Shown here: positions 1 through 7,946 of the stretch, one piece after another | Position numbering within the stretch: the first letter of the stretch is position 1 | How the letters are laid out: every line of letters begins with the position of its first letter | Origin: a virus | Taxonomy: Duplodnaviria; Caudoviricetes | DNA: 64,000 nt | Virus record (IMG/VR): IMGVR_UViG_3300045450_000252 | Span: 1 to 64,000 of that record | Reading direction: 5' to 3' (one strand) | Translations under genes and position numbers: made by a program | Notes under the pieces: model-generated | Told to the model about the DNA's origin: nothing | What the model saw: only the letters and a program-made list of their open reading frames with translations | Database searches by the model: none

Positions 1-456
1 ATGGAAGCCCCAGCCCCTCACATCGCCGCAGTAGCTTACCTCGAGGTGTTCGCGCCTTACGTCGCCGTACTGGAAGCAGAGGGCTTTGTGCTTGAAAAGC
101 GAACACTGAGAAAGATACTCCGCGTGTGTACCACTTGGGAGCCGGTACCGCAGCTGTATTACTTCTGCGACCTCGTGGTAGTGGAGGGCGCAATCCACGT
201 CTGGCTCGTGCGCAAGCCGCACAAGGAACCCCCGTTTCCTCTTTTTCACTGGATGCGCATTGAAACGCCTGAGGAGCTACGCTGGCTCTTGCAGCGCAGC
301 GTACATCTGGGCAATGCCCGCGCTAACCCGGTAGGTGAATCAGGAAATCCCGCACTCGCCCTAGCCAACTTTTCTGCGCGGCTGGCCCCTTGGGAGGTCG
401 TAGAGCAGCCGCCCGCAAATCCGCTAGCTCATCCCGCTGAGCTGGCTTCAGATTAG
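1..456 (+). CDS. Phage early hypothetical protein
   Basis: Weakly similar to P2 41732..42109 (MEA start, L...GF...R..L.V...W pattern); 3' tail overlaps a convergent ORF. Confidence 0.6.
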   Translation: MEAPAPHIAAVAYLEVFAPYVAVLEAEGFVLEKRTLRKILRVCTTWEPVPQLYYFCDLVVVEGAIHVWLVRKPHKEPPFPLFHWMRIETPEELRWLLQRSVHLGNARANPVGESGNPALALANFSARLAPWEVVEQPPANPLAHPAELASD

Positions 457-598
457 CCTCCCATTCCGCTGGGAAGTCTTGCAACGCTTCTTCAACTTCC
501 TCCAGGCCGCTTTCTAGCGCCGCTGTGTCCTTGCCACCACTCGCCAGCAGGATGTTATACAGATTATCGACGCGGTTGATATTCTTATGAAAGTCCAT
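323..598 (-). CDS. Small antisense accessory (moron) protein, 91 aa
   Basis: ATG start, ordinary helical protein composition, lower GC; no P2 counterpart. Confidence 0.6.
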   Translation of the reverse strand: MDFHKNINRVDNLYNILLASGGKDTAALESGLEEVEEALQDFPAEWEANLKPAQRDELADLRAAALRPPKGPAAQKSWLGRVRDFLIHLPG

Positions 599-652
599 AG
601 ACGAGGAGCATATATACGATTGCCAAACCTACGTCTTTTTTCTTAAAACCTC

Positions 653-919
653 ATGACGGACAAGCAGAAGTATTACCACCTCCTCGGGGAGGTCTGCGAA
701 GCCATGCCCTCATCGGCCGTGGATAGCGCCATCCGGGCCGGCTACGGCCAGGAGCACAAGTCGGCCAGCACGCGGCTGCACCACGTCAAGCAGGGCAAAG
801 TCGCCTCGCTCACCGACCTGCTGGCCCTGGTGCGCTTCTCCATGCCCGATTACGAGGTGCCGGCTTCCCTGCTTCCCGAAGAAGCGCCCGCCGCGCCGCC
901 CGCGCCGCTCTTCCGGTAG
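653..919 (+). CDS. Cro-like/early regulator candidate
   Basis: Homologous to P2 41490..41732, which sits divergent from the repressor. Confidence 0.65.
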   Translation: MTDKQKYYHLLGEVCEAMPSSAVDSAIRAGYGQEHKSASTRLHHVKQGKVASLTDLLALVRFSMPDYEVPASLLPEEAPAAPPAPLFR

Positions 920-962
920 CCTGCTCCTTACCCCGCTCTTACTCCTTAACACCTTCTTTTTC

Positions 963-1223
963 ATGCGCCTGAACACTACCCCCGACCCGCCGCCCGCCAA
1001 GCCCTGCATGCGCGACATGCACGAGCTGGTGCACGTGGTGCTCACCGAGCCGCTGCTGATGCTGGCCTCCCTGCCCGAGCTGGCCCGCCGCCTGCACGAA
1101 GTGGTGGCCGAGCAGCCGCGCTTTCGGGAGGAGGCCCCGCTGGTGCTGGCCGGCGAAACCTACCGCCGCCGCCGCTACAGCGGCGCGCTGAGCGTGGCCC
1201 GCAGCCACGCCGAAGTGGCCTAA
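963..1223 (+). CDS. Conserved phage hypothetical protein
   Basis: Near-identical to P2 42136..42390 (CMRDMHELVHVVLTEPLLML). Confidence 0.85.
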   Translation: MRLNTTPDPPPAKPCMRDMHELVHVVLTEPLLMLASLPELARRLHEVVAEQPRFREEAPLVLAGETYRRRRYSGALSVARSHAEVA

Positions 1224-1286
1224 CTATTTATCTGCCTACGCCTTCCACTCTTTTTTATTCTTTCCCTCTACGCGCTGCTTTTCCTC

Positions 1287-1586
1287 ATGCCACTCCCCAA
1301 GCTTTCCCTCCAGGATGCGCGCACCGGCAAGCGGGTGCGGGTCAATGCCTTCGCGCCCGGCGATGCGCTCGTGGCCGCGCCGCAGCCCATCCTGGGCTAC
1401 TGCTACACCACCGACAATAACTGGACCGTGTACGTGGCCGGCCGCATGCCCCCGCACCTGCGCTCGGCCGTGGAGCAGGGCCACACCGAGCGCGAGGTGC
1501 TGCTGGTGGCCGAGCTGCCGGCCGGCATCCAGGAAATCACCCTGCCCGACCACCGCCACGAGTTTCGCCTCCAAAAAGCCGCCTAA
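1287..1586 (+). CDS. Conserved phage hypothetical protein
   Basis: Near-identical to P2 42657..42953 (ILGYCYT..NNWTVYVAG). Confidence 0.85.
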   Translation: MPLPKLSLQDARTGKRVRVNAFAPGDALVAAPQPILGYCYTTDNNWTVYVAGRMPPHLRSAVEQGHTEREVLLVAELPAGIQEITLPDHRHEFRLQKAA

Positions 1587-1598
1587 CCCCGTTTTGCC

Positions 1599-2003
1599 AT
1601 GACTGCCCAGGATTTCGCCACGGCCGGCTTCATCGACGAGCGCTTTCGCTACATCATCGCCCAGCTGGCGCAGCTCGTGCCCGCGCCGGCCCCGCCGCAG
1701 ACTGAGGTGGTGCTCTACAGCTACAAGAAGCTGGCCCAGGTGCTCGACGTGACGGTCGAAACCGTAAGCGCCTGGGTCAACAAGGGCAAGCGCGTGGACG
1801 GCCGGGTGGTGAAGCTGCAAGTGTATCGCTTCACGAGCGAGCCGCGCATCCCCTGGCCGGCGCTGCTGGCCTACGAGCGGGGCGAAGACTTTGACCTCTC
1901 CAGCCTGCCCGCGCCCCTGCTGCTGCCCCCGGCCGAGCTGGAGGCGGCCCCGCTGCCCAAGTCGCCCACCTCGGCCCCCCCGCCGATGCGGGTGGCCTCC
2001 TAG
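1599..2003 (+). CDS. Excisionase-like winged HTH DNA-binding protein
   Basis: LYSYKKLAQVLDVTVETVSAWVNKG HTH motif; homolog at 42978..43397. Confidence 0.75.
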   Translation: MTAQDFATAGFIDERFRYIIAQLAQLVPAPAPPQTEVVLYSYKKLAQVLDVTVETVSAWVNKGKRVDGRVVKLQVYRFTSEPRIPWPALLAYERGEDFDLSSLPAPLLLPPAELEAAPLPKSPTSAPPPMRVAS

Positions 2004-2035
2004 CCGGGCGCTCACCTGCTTTTTTCCTTTTCCTG

Positions 2036-2218
2036 ATGCCCAGCGACCTGTTTACCGGGGCTGCGCCGGCTGGCCCCGTGGCCGAAGGTGCGCCCGCCGG
2101 GGCGCGCCCGACCCCCGATGCCCGGCGGGGCCGCCCGCCCGGCCGGGCCAGCCAGCGGCCCTTGCGCTGCCCAGCCAATCACTTCACTGCCCACGACCGT
2201 CCCGTTTTTCTTACCTAG
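2036..2218 (+). CDS. Small Pro/Ala/Arg-rich ORF conserved in both prophages
   Basis: Homolog at 43429..43620; conservation could be non-coding. Confidence 0.45.
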   Translation: MPSDLFTGAAPAGPVAEGAPAGARPTPDARRGRPPGRASQRPLRCPANHFTAHDRPVFLT

Positions 2219-2220
2219 CC

Positions 2221-2568
2221 ATGAGCCAAGTCACCGTGTATTCCTCGGCCCCCGAGACCACGCAGCTCGCCTGCGCCTTTCAGAACGCCCGCCGGGCGGG
2301 CCTGGGCGTGGTCGTGCTGCCCATCGCCCACATGCCCGCCACCGGCACCACCCGCAAGGAGCTGCTGCGCCTGCGCGACGAGCGCCACGAAGTGTACCAG
2401 CTGCTGGCCAACACGGGCCAGCTGCTGGACTTGTTTGAGAAAGGGGAGGTGCTGCTGGCCGCCGGCGAGGAGCAGGGCCTGCGCGCCGACCGCAACAGCT
2501 TGGAGGTGCGCCTGCGCGGGCTGCAAGGGGCCATCCAAAAGTTGGAAGGAGACCTGGGCCATGAGTAA
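2221..2568 (+). CDS. Phage hypothetical coiled-coil protein
   Basis: Start reassigned to ATG 2221 (MSQVTVYSS), matching P2 43617..43964. Confidence 0.8.
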   Translation: MSQVTVYSSAPETTQLACAFQNARRAGLGVVVLPIAHMPATGTTRKELLRLRDERHEVYQLLANTGQLLDLFEKGEVLLAAGEEQGLRADRNSLEVRLRGLQGAIQKLEGDLGHE

Positions 2569-3445
2569 CCCCTTTCGTGTGGTAATCGACGGCCAGCCCT
2601 CCACGGTGCTGGCCCGCTCGCTGGAGCTGCTGCTCACCACCGGCGGCAGCCTCGTAGCCGTGGATGGCTTTGCGGCTGCGCAGGATGCCACCTGGGCAGC
2701 CCACGCCGTGCCCCTGTTTAGTGAAACGCTCTTCACGGCCGGCCAGCAGCTGCCCGTGCAGCTAGCCTGGAACCGCTTCAGTTCCTCGCTCGTCTTCACC
2801 CTCGGGCTGGCCGGCGACCAGGTGCGCTACATCGTTGGGCAAAGCCAGCTGCTGGATGCCCTGCGCGATGAGGAGCGCCTGACCCGCGAGCGCCGGGCCG
2901 CGTTGGAGGTAACGATGTCGGTGCGGGCCGAGCGGGTCGAGGAGTTCCGCGAGCTCGTGCAGGAAATGTATGACAGGAGCTACGGCGAGCACGACGACGA
3001 GCCCTGGGATCCAAGCACCGCCTCTTTCTATAACGAGCATCCGGACTTGGCTCCGCAGCCCGGCTCGCAGCTGGGCATCCGCTCGGAGTCGGCGCACGAT
3101 ACGGCTACCGTCTTCACCCTGTGGGTGAGCGACGCGCAGCTGGCCCACTCGCTGGGCCACATCTGGGAGCAGCGCGAGCAGGCCTGGGAGCAGGCGCAGC
3201 CCGCCGGCTCGGCCACGGCCTTGCGCCAGGAGTTGGCCGAGGTGCTGACTGACCTGCAAGGCTACGGCTGGTCGCTGGCCCGTCTCACGGAGCTGGGCGA
3301 AAACTGGCTGGGCCAGCCGGTCGAGGCCGAGGAGGCCCAGCAAACGCTGGCCTACTTGCAGCTGCAACTCCAGGCCCTGGCGGCCCGGCACGCCTTGGTA
3401 AGTAAGCGGCTGTTGGAGCAGGAGGGAGGGAGGGGCAATGGCTAG
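2561..3445 (+). CDS. Phage hypothetical protein
   Basis: ATG 2561 overlaps upstream stop; GC3-rich coding pattern. Confidence 0.75.
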   Translation: MSNPFRVVIDGQPSTVLARSLELLLTTGGSLVAVDGFAAAQDATWAAHAVPLFSETLFTAGQQLPVQLAWNRFSSSLVFTLGLAGDQVRYIVGQSQLLDALRDEERLTRERRAALEVTMSVRAERVEEFRELVQEMYDRSYGEHDDEPWDPSTASFYNEHPDLAPQPGSQLGIRSESAHDTATVFTLWVSDAQLAHSLGHIWEQREQAWEQAQPAGSATALRQELAEVLTDLQGYGWSLARLTELGENWLGQPVEAEEAQQTLAYLQLQLQALAARHALVSKRLLEQEGGRGNG

Positions 3446-4106
3446 CCTGCTACTGCGTCCCGAGCAGGACGTTATCCTGGCCTCGTACTGGCCCTACGGC
3501 GTCACAGTGCACTATGTGGTCGAGCAGCCGGGTACCCGGGCGCGCGTCCTCAAGCCCGTCAGTGGCCTGCTCACGCGCCTGTTCTACGCGGGGCCGGACT
3601 ACCCGGCCGAGGCCACCATCAAGCGCCAGGGCCAGCCCGGGGCGCAGTTTCTGGCCCACGAGCTGGTGCTCGAGCTCTACGCCCTGCACGACCTGCCGCA
3701 GCTGGGCCACCGTCCACTGGAGCAGGTGGTGCGCCGCCTGCACCTGTGGGGCAGTGGCTTCGAGCAGTACGTGCAGGTGCGCGTGCTGGAGAGCTGGCTC
3801 AACCAGCTCACACTCGACGTCAAAGCCGGCGACTATCACCACCAGGTCAAGCTCAGCAGCTGGGGCCAGGTGCTGGTGCGCGATGTGCGCGCCGACTGCC
3901 GGGCCACGGCCCTCGACCAGCCGGAGGTGGCGCAGTGGGCGCTGCCGCTGGGCCAGCACGTGCTCGCCGTCTACGAGCTGCTGCGCCGCCTGCACGTGGC
4001 TGTCGGCCCGGTCGCCGATTGCCGGCAGACGATACGGGAGGGTAAGCCCTGGGGCGAGCCCGAGCACTACGTGCGCAAAGTGCTGCCCGTGCCGGCCAGC
4101 AACTAG
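3438..4106 (+). CDS. Phage hypothetical protein
   Basis: Translationally coupled ORF, 222 aa. Confidence 0.75.
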   Translation: MASLLLRPEQDVILASYWPYGVTVHYVVEQPGTRARVLKPVSGLLTRLFYAGPDYPAEATIKRQGQPGAQFLAHELVLELYALHDLPQLGHRPLEQVVRRLHLWGSGFEQYVQVRVLESWLNQLTLDVKAGDYHHQVKLSSWGQVLVRDVRADCRATALDQPEVAQWALPLGQHVLAVYELLRRLHVAVGPVADCRQTIREGKPWGEPEHYVRKVLPVPASN

Positions 4107-4134
4107 CCCGCGCTCTTTCTTATTCTTTCCCTTT

Positions 4135-4220
4135 TCGTCTAACGAGGACACGTAGCGCCCGCCCCTTCCCGGTCGGCACGGGGGCTACGGATGCCGGCTC
4201 GACGCCGGCCAGGGGAGCAC
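4135..4220 (+). ncRNA. Putative structured RNA, copy 1
   Basis: 79/86 nt identical to 45517..45602 with compensatory stem changes; T-loop-like hairpin. Confidence 0.6.
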
Positions 4221-5663
4221 AGGGCCTGCACGCAGGTTCGGCCGGCGCGCGGATTTTGGGCTGCCCATACCGCCGCCGGCCACTTCTTTTTTTCCACGTT
4301 TCAACTCGCCCGCCGCTTGTTGCCGCTTCCCTATACCCCCACCGCCGCCCATCGCCAGCTGGCGGCCTACCTCAAAAAGCTGAAAGGCGAGCTGCCGGCC
4401 CAGGTGCGCACCCGCACCGTGAAGGGCCAGGCGCAGCACTACCTCGTGCGGCCCAAGGCCGTGAGCGACGGGGCGCGCACTACTGCCCGCTTGCTGCTCG
4501 TGTGGGCCCTCGACGTGGTGGTGCAGCTGCGCCGGGTGCCCCTGCTGCTGGAGGCCGCCACCGACGAGGCCCCCGAGCGCCGCACCCCGCCGCCGGTGGC
4601 CACCAACTGCGAGACGCTGGCCCGCGCCCGGGGCATCTCGGCCCGCGCTATCCGCGACCACTTGCAGGAACTGTTGAAAATCGGGTTCATAACCCGTAAG
4701 AACAACCGGGGCTGGCAGGCCAATTTCGAGCTTTACATAGCCCCGGAGTTCGTGTGGGCAAAACCCGCCCAGAACGCCCCGGAAGGGCCTAAAAAGCGCC
4801 AATATGCCCCCTTGTTACCCTCGGAGGAAGCAACAAACTTTCCGCCTATTATAGTACAGGATAGACAGGATACAAGGAAAGTTGAAATAGGCCGTGTGGA
4901 AAAGTTAGTTAGTCCAACGCCCCCGGCAAGACCAGGCGAATTGACTGGCAACACAGGGCCGCAGCAGGCTCCGAAAACCGCCCCCCAACGGCCTGACGCG
5001 CCCCGTCAGGCGTCGAAAGCAGGGCAGGGGGGCGCGGCGGCCCACGAGCAGGCCGAGCGCCTGGGTTGGGTCAGCCAGGCCTGGCACTACGCCCAAAAAC
5101 GGCTCTACCCGGGCCGCCGCTTCAGCGAGGCCGAGCACGAAAAGGCCCGCGAGGCCATCTGGTACGGCACCTACCGGGGCTTTGGCCTGGCGGCCACGCC
5201 GGCCGAGTGGCAGCGCTACCACAACGAGGTGTTGCACCGCATCGACCTCGTGGCCCGCTACTTAGCGCGCCACCCCGACAAGTCCCTGCCCAGCCCCTAC
5301 GCCGAATTCGTGCAGGGGGCGGGCTACTTCGACGCCGAAAACAGCCGGGGCTTTGCCGGCACCGATGCCTGGCTGGCCCGGGCCGAGGCCACCAACCGCG
5401 AGCGCACCATCACCCGGGCCCTGCTCAAGGCCCGCCAGCAGCTCAAGGCCCACCGGCTGGGCATTGCCCCCAAGCGGGTGCAGGCCATGACCCACATTCA
5501 GCTCTACCGCTACCACGAAACCAAGCTGCGCGCCTTCGGCCCCGAGGCCCTCCAGCGCTACTACGCCCAGGTGGCCAACCCCACCGCCCCCACGGCCGAG
5601 CGCATCGCCTTCACGCCCCTGGTGCCAGCCGGCCTGACTGCCCGCCGCTTTGCTCACTCCTAA
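4191..5663 (+). CDS. Phage replication initiator-like protein (wHTH); true start uncertain
   Basis: TNCETLARARGISARAIRDHLQELLKIGFITRK winged HTH; internal AT-rich segment; position in early operon. Confidence 0.7.
   Translation: MPARRRPGEHRACTQVRPARGFWAAHTAAGHFFFSTFQLARRLLPLPYTPTAAHRQLAAYLKKLKGELPAQVRTRTVKGQAQHYLVRPKAVSDGARTTARLLLVWALDVVVQLRRVPLLLEAATDEAPERRTPPPVATNCETLARARGISARAIRDHLQELLKIGFITRKNNRGWQANFELYIAPEFVWAKPAQNAPEGPKKRQYAPLLPSEEATNFPPIIVQDRQDTRKVEIGRVEKLVSPTPPARPGELTGNTGPQQAPKTAPQRPDAPRQASKAGQGGAAAHEQAERLGWVSQAWHYAQKRLYPGRRFSEAEHEKAREAIWYGTYRGFGLAATPAEWQRYHNEVLHRIDLVARYLARHPDKSLPSPYAEFVQGAGYFDAENSRGFAGTDAWLARAEATNRERTITRALLKARQQLKAHRLGIAPKRVQAMTHIQLYRYHETKLRAFGPEALQRYYAQVANPTAPTAERIAFTPLVPAGLTARRFAHS
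4800..4920. other. Candidate P1 replication origin inside the initiator gene
   Basis: AT-rich; ACAGGATA at 4856 and 4865; DnaA-box match TGTGGAAAA at 4895..4903. Confidence 0.5.
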
Positions 5664-5688
5664 TTCGTTTACCCTTATCTACTTCCCC

Positions 5689-5958
5689 ATGAGCTACACC
5701 CGTTCCGCCTCCGTCCAGCAGCTGATAGCCAACGCCGAAACTAAGCTGCTTATTTACTTCCTCGACGGCAACGTGCGCACCCAGTACGGCCGCCACAACT
5801 TCAAATCCCAGCGCCCCGCCCGCAACCCCCGGGCGGTGGAAATCCGCCGCCACGAGCGCAGCATTGCCAAAAACGCCCCTTTCATCAAGGTAGCCATGAT
5901 TTACGACCTCGCCGACGGCCACGAGATTGCCCGCTTCAAAAAGGGGCAGTGGCTATGA
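5689..5958 (+). CDS. Phage hypothetical protein
   Basis: ATG after pyrimidine-rich tract; 89 aa. Confidence 0.7.
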   Translation: MSYTRSASVQQLIANAETKLLIYFLDGNVRTQYGRHNFKSQRPARNPRAVEIRRHERSIAKNAPFIKVAMIYDLADGHEIARFKKGQWL

Positions 5959-6311
5959 GGCTGCCCTACCTCGACCAGAAGATTCCGCTGCACTGGGGCG
6001 AGGCCCAACTGCTGGCCACCGCCATCGAGTGGGTGCTGACCCAGCAGCTTGTGCCCCCGGTGCGGCCCACGCAGCTCATGGTGCTCAGCTTCGGGCCGCT
6101 CACGCGGGTGGGCACGCGCCTGCTGGCCCGCCAGCGCCAGGAGGCGCGCCGCGTGGGCCCGCCGCCGCGCAAGCCCCGGCTCTTTACCCTGCGCTACGAC
6201 GAGGTGGCGGCGCTGCTCGTTATCCTGCCCCTGGCGCCCGCGGCGGGCGCGGCCTGGGGCGAGGTGCAGCGCGTGAGCCTGAACCTGGAGCGCTACATAG
6301 ACCTGGGGTAA
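5955..6311 (+). CDS. Conserved phage hypothetical protein
   Basis: Homolog at 47738..48100 (MRLP.LDQKI.LHWG...LRYDEV). Confidence 0.85.
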   Translation: MRLPYLDQKIPLHWGEAQLLATAIEWVLTQQLVPPVRPTQLMVLSFGPLTRVGTRLLARQRQEARRVGPPPRKPRLFTLRYDEVAALLVILPLAPAAGAAWGEVQRVSLNLERYIDLG

Positions 6312-6314
6312 AGG

Positions 6315-6488
6315 CTACAGCAAGGCCAGGCGCTCCATCACCTGGTCGAGGGTGAGAAAGCCCCGCGCAAACAAGTCTAGCAGGGCGCGCTCGTGCTGCT
6401 GCGTCGTGCTGAAGTCGGCGGCTACGGCGCGCCGTAGCCGCTGGGCCGTGGCCGGATGGAGGCGCTGGAGGAAGGAGAGAAAACGCAT
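6315..6488 (-). CDS. 57-aa antisense ORF below the ORF-track cutoff
   Basis: Hand-translated MRFLSFLQRLHPATAQRLRRAVAADFSTTQQHERALLDLFARGFLTLDQVMERLALL*; fills the intergenic gap. Confidence 0.6.
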   Translation of the reverse strand: MRFLSFLQRLHPATAQRLRRAVAADFSTTQQHERALLDLFARGFLTLDQVMERLALL

Positions 6489-6676
6489 GGTTTAAAGTTC
6501 GGGCCGGCCCTGGCCGCTCACTAGCGATTCTCGACTAAGCGGCCCAACTACTGGGCGGAAGCTGGGGCATTCTGTGTGAGCGCTTACCGTGCAAGTATCC
6601 CTAAAAGAGTAGTGCCTAAAACGGCTCCGAACGGGCTGTTTTTCTTTCCACAATAAGAAAAGCGTTATTCCGAATT

Positions 6677-6711
6677 GTCCTGTGCAGGGCGCGCTGGCAA
6701 GCCGAGCTTTG
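6677..6711 (+). promoter_or_regulatory. Phage late-promoter-like motif, site 1
   Basis: GTCCTGT at 6677, GAGCTTTG ending 34 bp later. Confidence 0.55.
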
Positions 6712-6714
6712 TTC

Positions 6715-7281
6715 ATGTCGATTTCACCCCTGATGGATAAACCTCTACCCGTGTACCTGGTGGTGCCGGTGCGCCCCGCCGTGGAGAAGTACCTGCGTCG
6801 GCGGCTGCACCTGCGCCCCGAGGAAGCCTTCCAGCTCACTAAGAAGGGTACGGCCGGCCGCTTTCTCTACCACGTGCTGCGTAACCCACAAGAGGACAGG
6901 CAGTACACGGCCTCCGTGGCCGAGTACCCGCGCCGGTTTGCCGTCACGATTTCCAACCAATTGGCCTGGCTCAACGGCTGCCGGCACCTCACGCCCCAGG
7001 GCGTGCACGACTTCAACCGGCAGATTGAGGACCTCATCGAGCAGGAGTTTCACACCAAGCTCGACACGCTGGCTGAGATGGGCATCAAGTTCGAGACCAA
7101 GGCCCAGGCCCTGCGCTTCATGGACGGCTACGGCTTCACGGAAGACGATTTGACGCTCGACGCGCTCATTAAGTCCTACTACCGCTACCGCAAGGCCCAG
7201 CACGTGGCCAAACAGCGCGAAAACATGCTGGCTGATATTCCGAATTGTCCGGCGGCCCCGGCGCTGGACCTGGCCGCCTAA
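6715..7281 (+). CDS. Conserved phage protein, candidate late-gene regulator
   Basis: Homolog at 48179..48697 (PVRP.V.KYL, DALIK/DALKK); lies between early and structural modules; start 6715 or 6732. Confidence 0.75.
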   Translation: MSISPLMDKPLPVYLVVPVRPAVEKYLRRRLHLRPEEAFQLTKKGTAGRFLYHVLRNPQEDRQYTASVAEYPRRFAVTISNQLAWLNGCRHLTPQGVHDFNRQIEDLIEQEFHTKLDTLAEMGIKFETKAQALRFMDGYGFTEDDLTLDALIKSYYRYRKAQHVAKQRENMLADIPNCPAAPALDLAA

Positions 7282-7285
7282 GCTC

Positions 7286-7936
7286 ATGCTCGCACCATCC
7301 CCCGGCCAGCTGCGCAACCTCGACCCACTCATCCTCGACAACGTGGGTGGGGTAGAGGCACTCTGGTATGCCGACGTGGCCGACGTGCTGCACGTGCCCG
7401 ACCCCGACGCCCCGCTTATCACCGCCGACGTGGTGCTCAAGCCCGGTGCCTCGTGGTATCAGCTCGTGGCCACGCGCACCACCCTGGGCTTCACCCAGGC
7501 CGGCAAGACCGACCGGCACGGGCCGTATTTCCAGCCCAGCCTGAAGGGCGTGCTGGCCAAGGCCACGGCCACGGTGGCCGCCGGGCTGGAGGCGCTCGAC
7601 GGGCGGCGCTTTCTGCTGCTCTACCGCGACCACAACGGCACCACCTGGCTGGTGGGCGCGCCCGACGAGCCGCTCACCTTCAGCGACAAGTACGACACGG
7701 GCACGGCCACGGCCCGCAATAACTACGATTTCACCTTCAGCGGCGAGACCACGCGCCGCGCCCGGCCCTACGAGGGCAGCTGGCTGGTGAGCGGCGTGGG
7801 CCTGAGCACGGGCGTGGGCGCGACCGCCGGGCTCGTCGAAATCCGCGATGCGGCGGGTCAGCTGCTGGCCACGGCCGCGCCCGGGCGCACGGTCGTCATC
7901 CGCTCGGGATTTCAGGTGGATTTTACCATTCTTTAG
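7286..7936 (+). CDS. Tail-tube-like paralog
   Basis: Shares DN.GG, LK.G, LLY...G...L.G.P..P and FTF patterns with 13366..13968; homolog at 48754..49413. Confidence 0.6.
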   Translation: MLAPSPGQLRNLDPLILDNVGGVEALWYADVADVLHVPDPDAPLITADVVLKPGASWYQLVATRTTLGFTQAGKTDRHGPYFQPSLKGVLAKATATVAAGLEALDGRRFLLLYRDHNGTTWLVGAPDEPLTFSDKYDTGTATARNNYDFTFSGETTRRARPYEGSWLVSGVGLSTGVGATAGLVEIRDAAGQLLATAAPGRTVVIRSGFQVDFTIL

Positions 7937-7946
7937 CCTCCTTGCC

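Noticed and set aside
4135-4220. tRNA gene or canonical HDV/theta ribozyme
   Set aside because: Only a T-arm-like hairpin, with no D-arm, anticodon arm or acceptor stem. An HDV fit gives a plausible P1, GG and P4, but the resulting L3 (GUCGGCU/A) lacks the UYC.CG pattern
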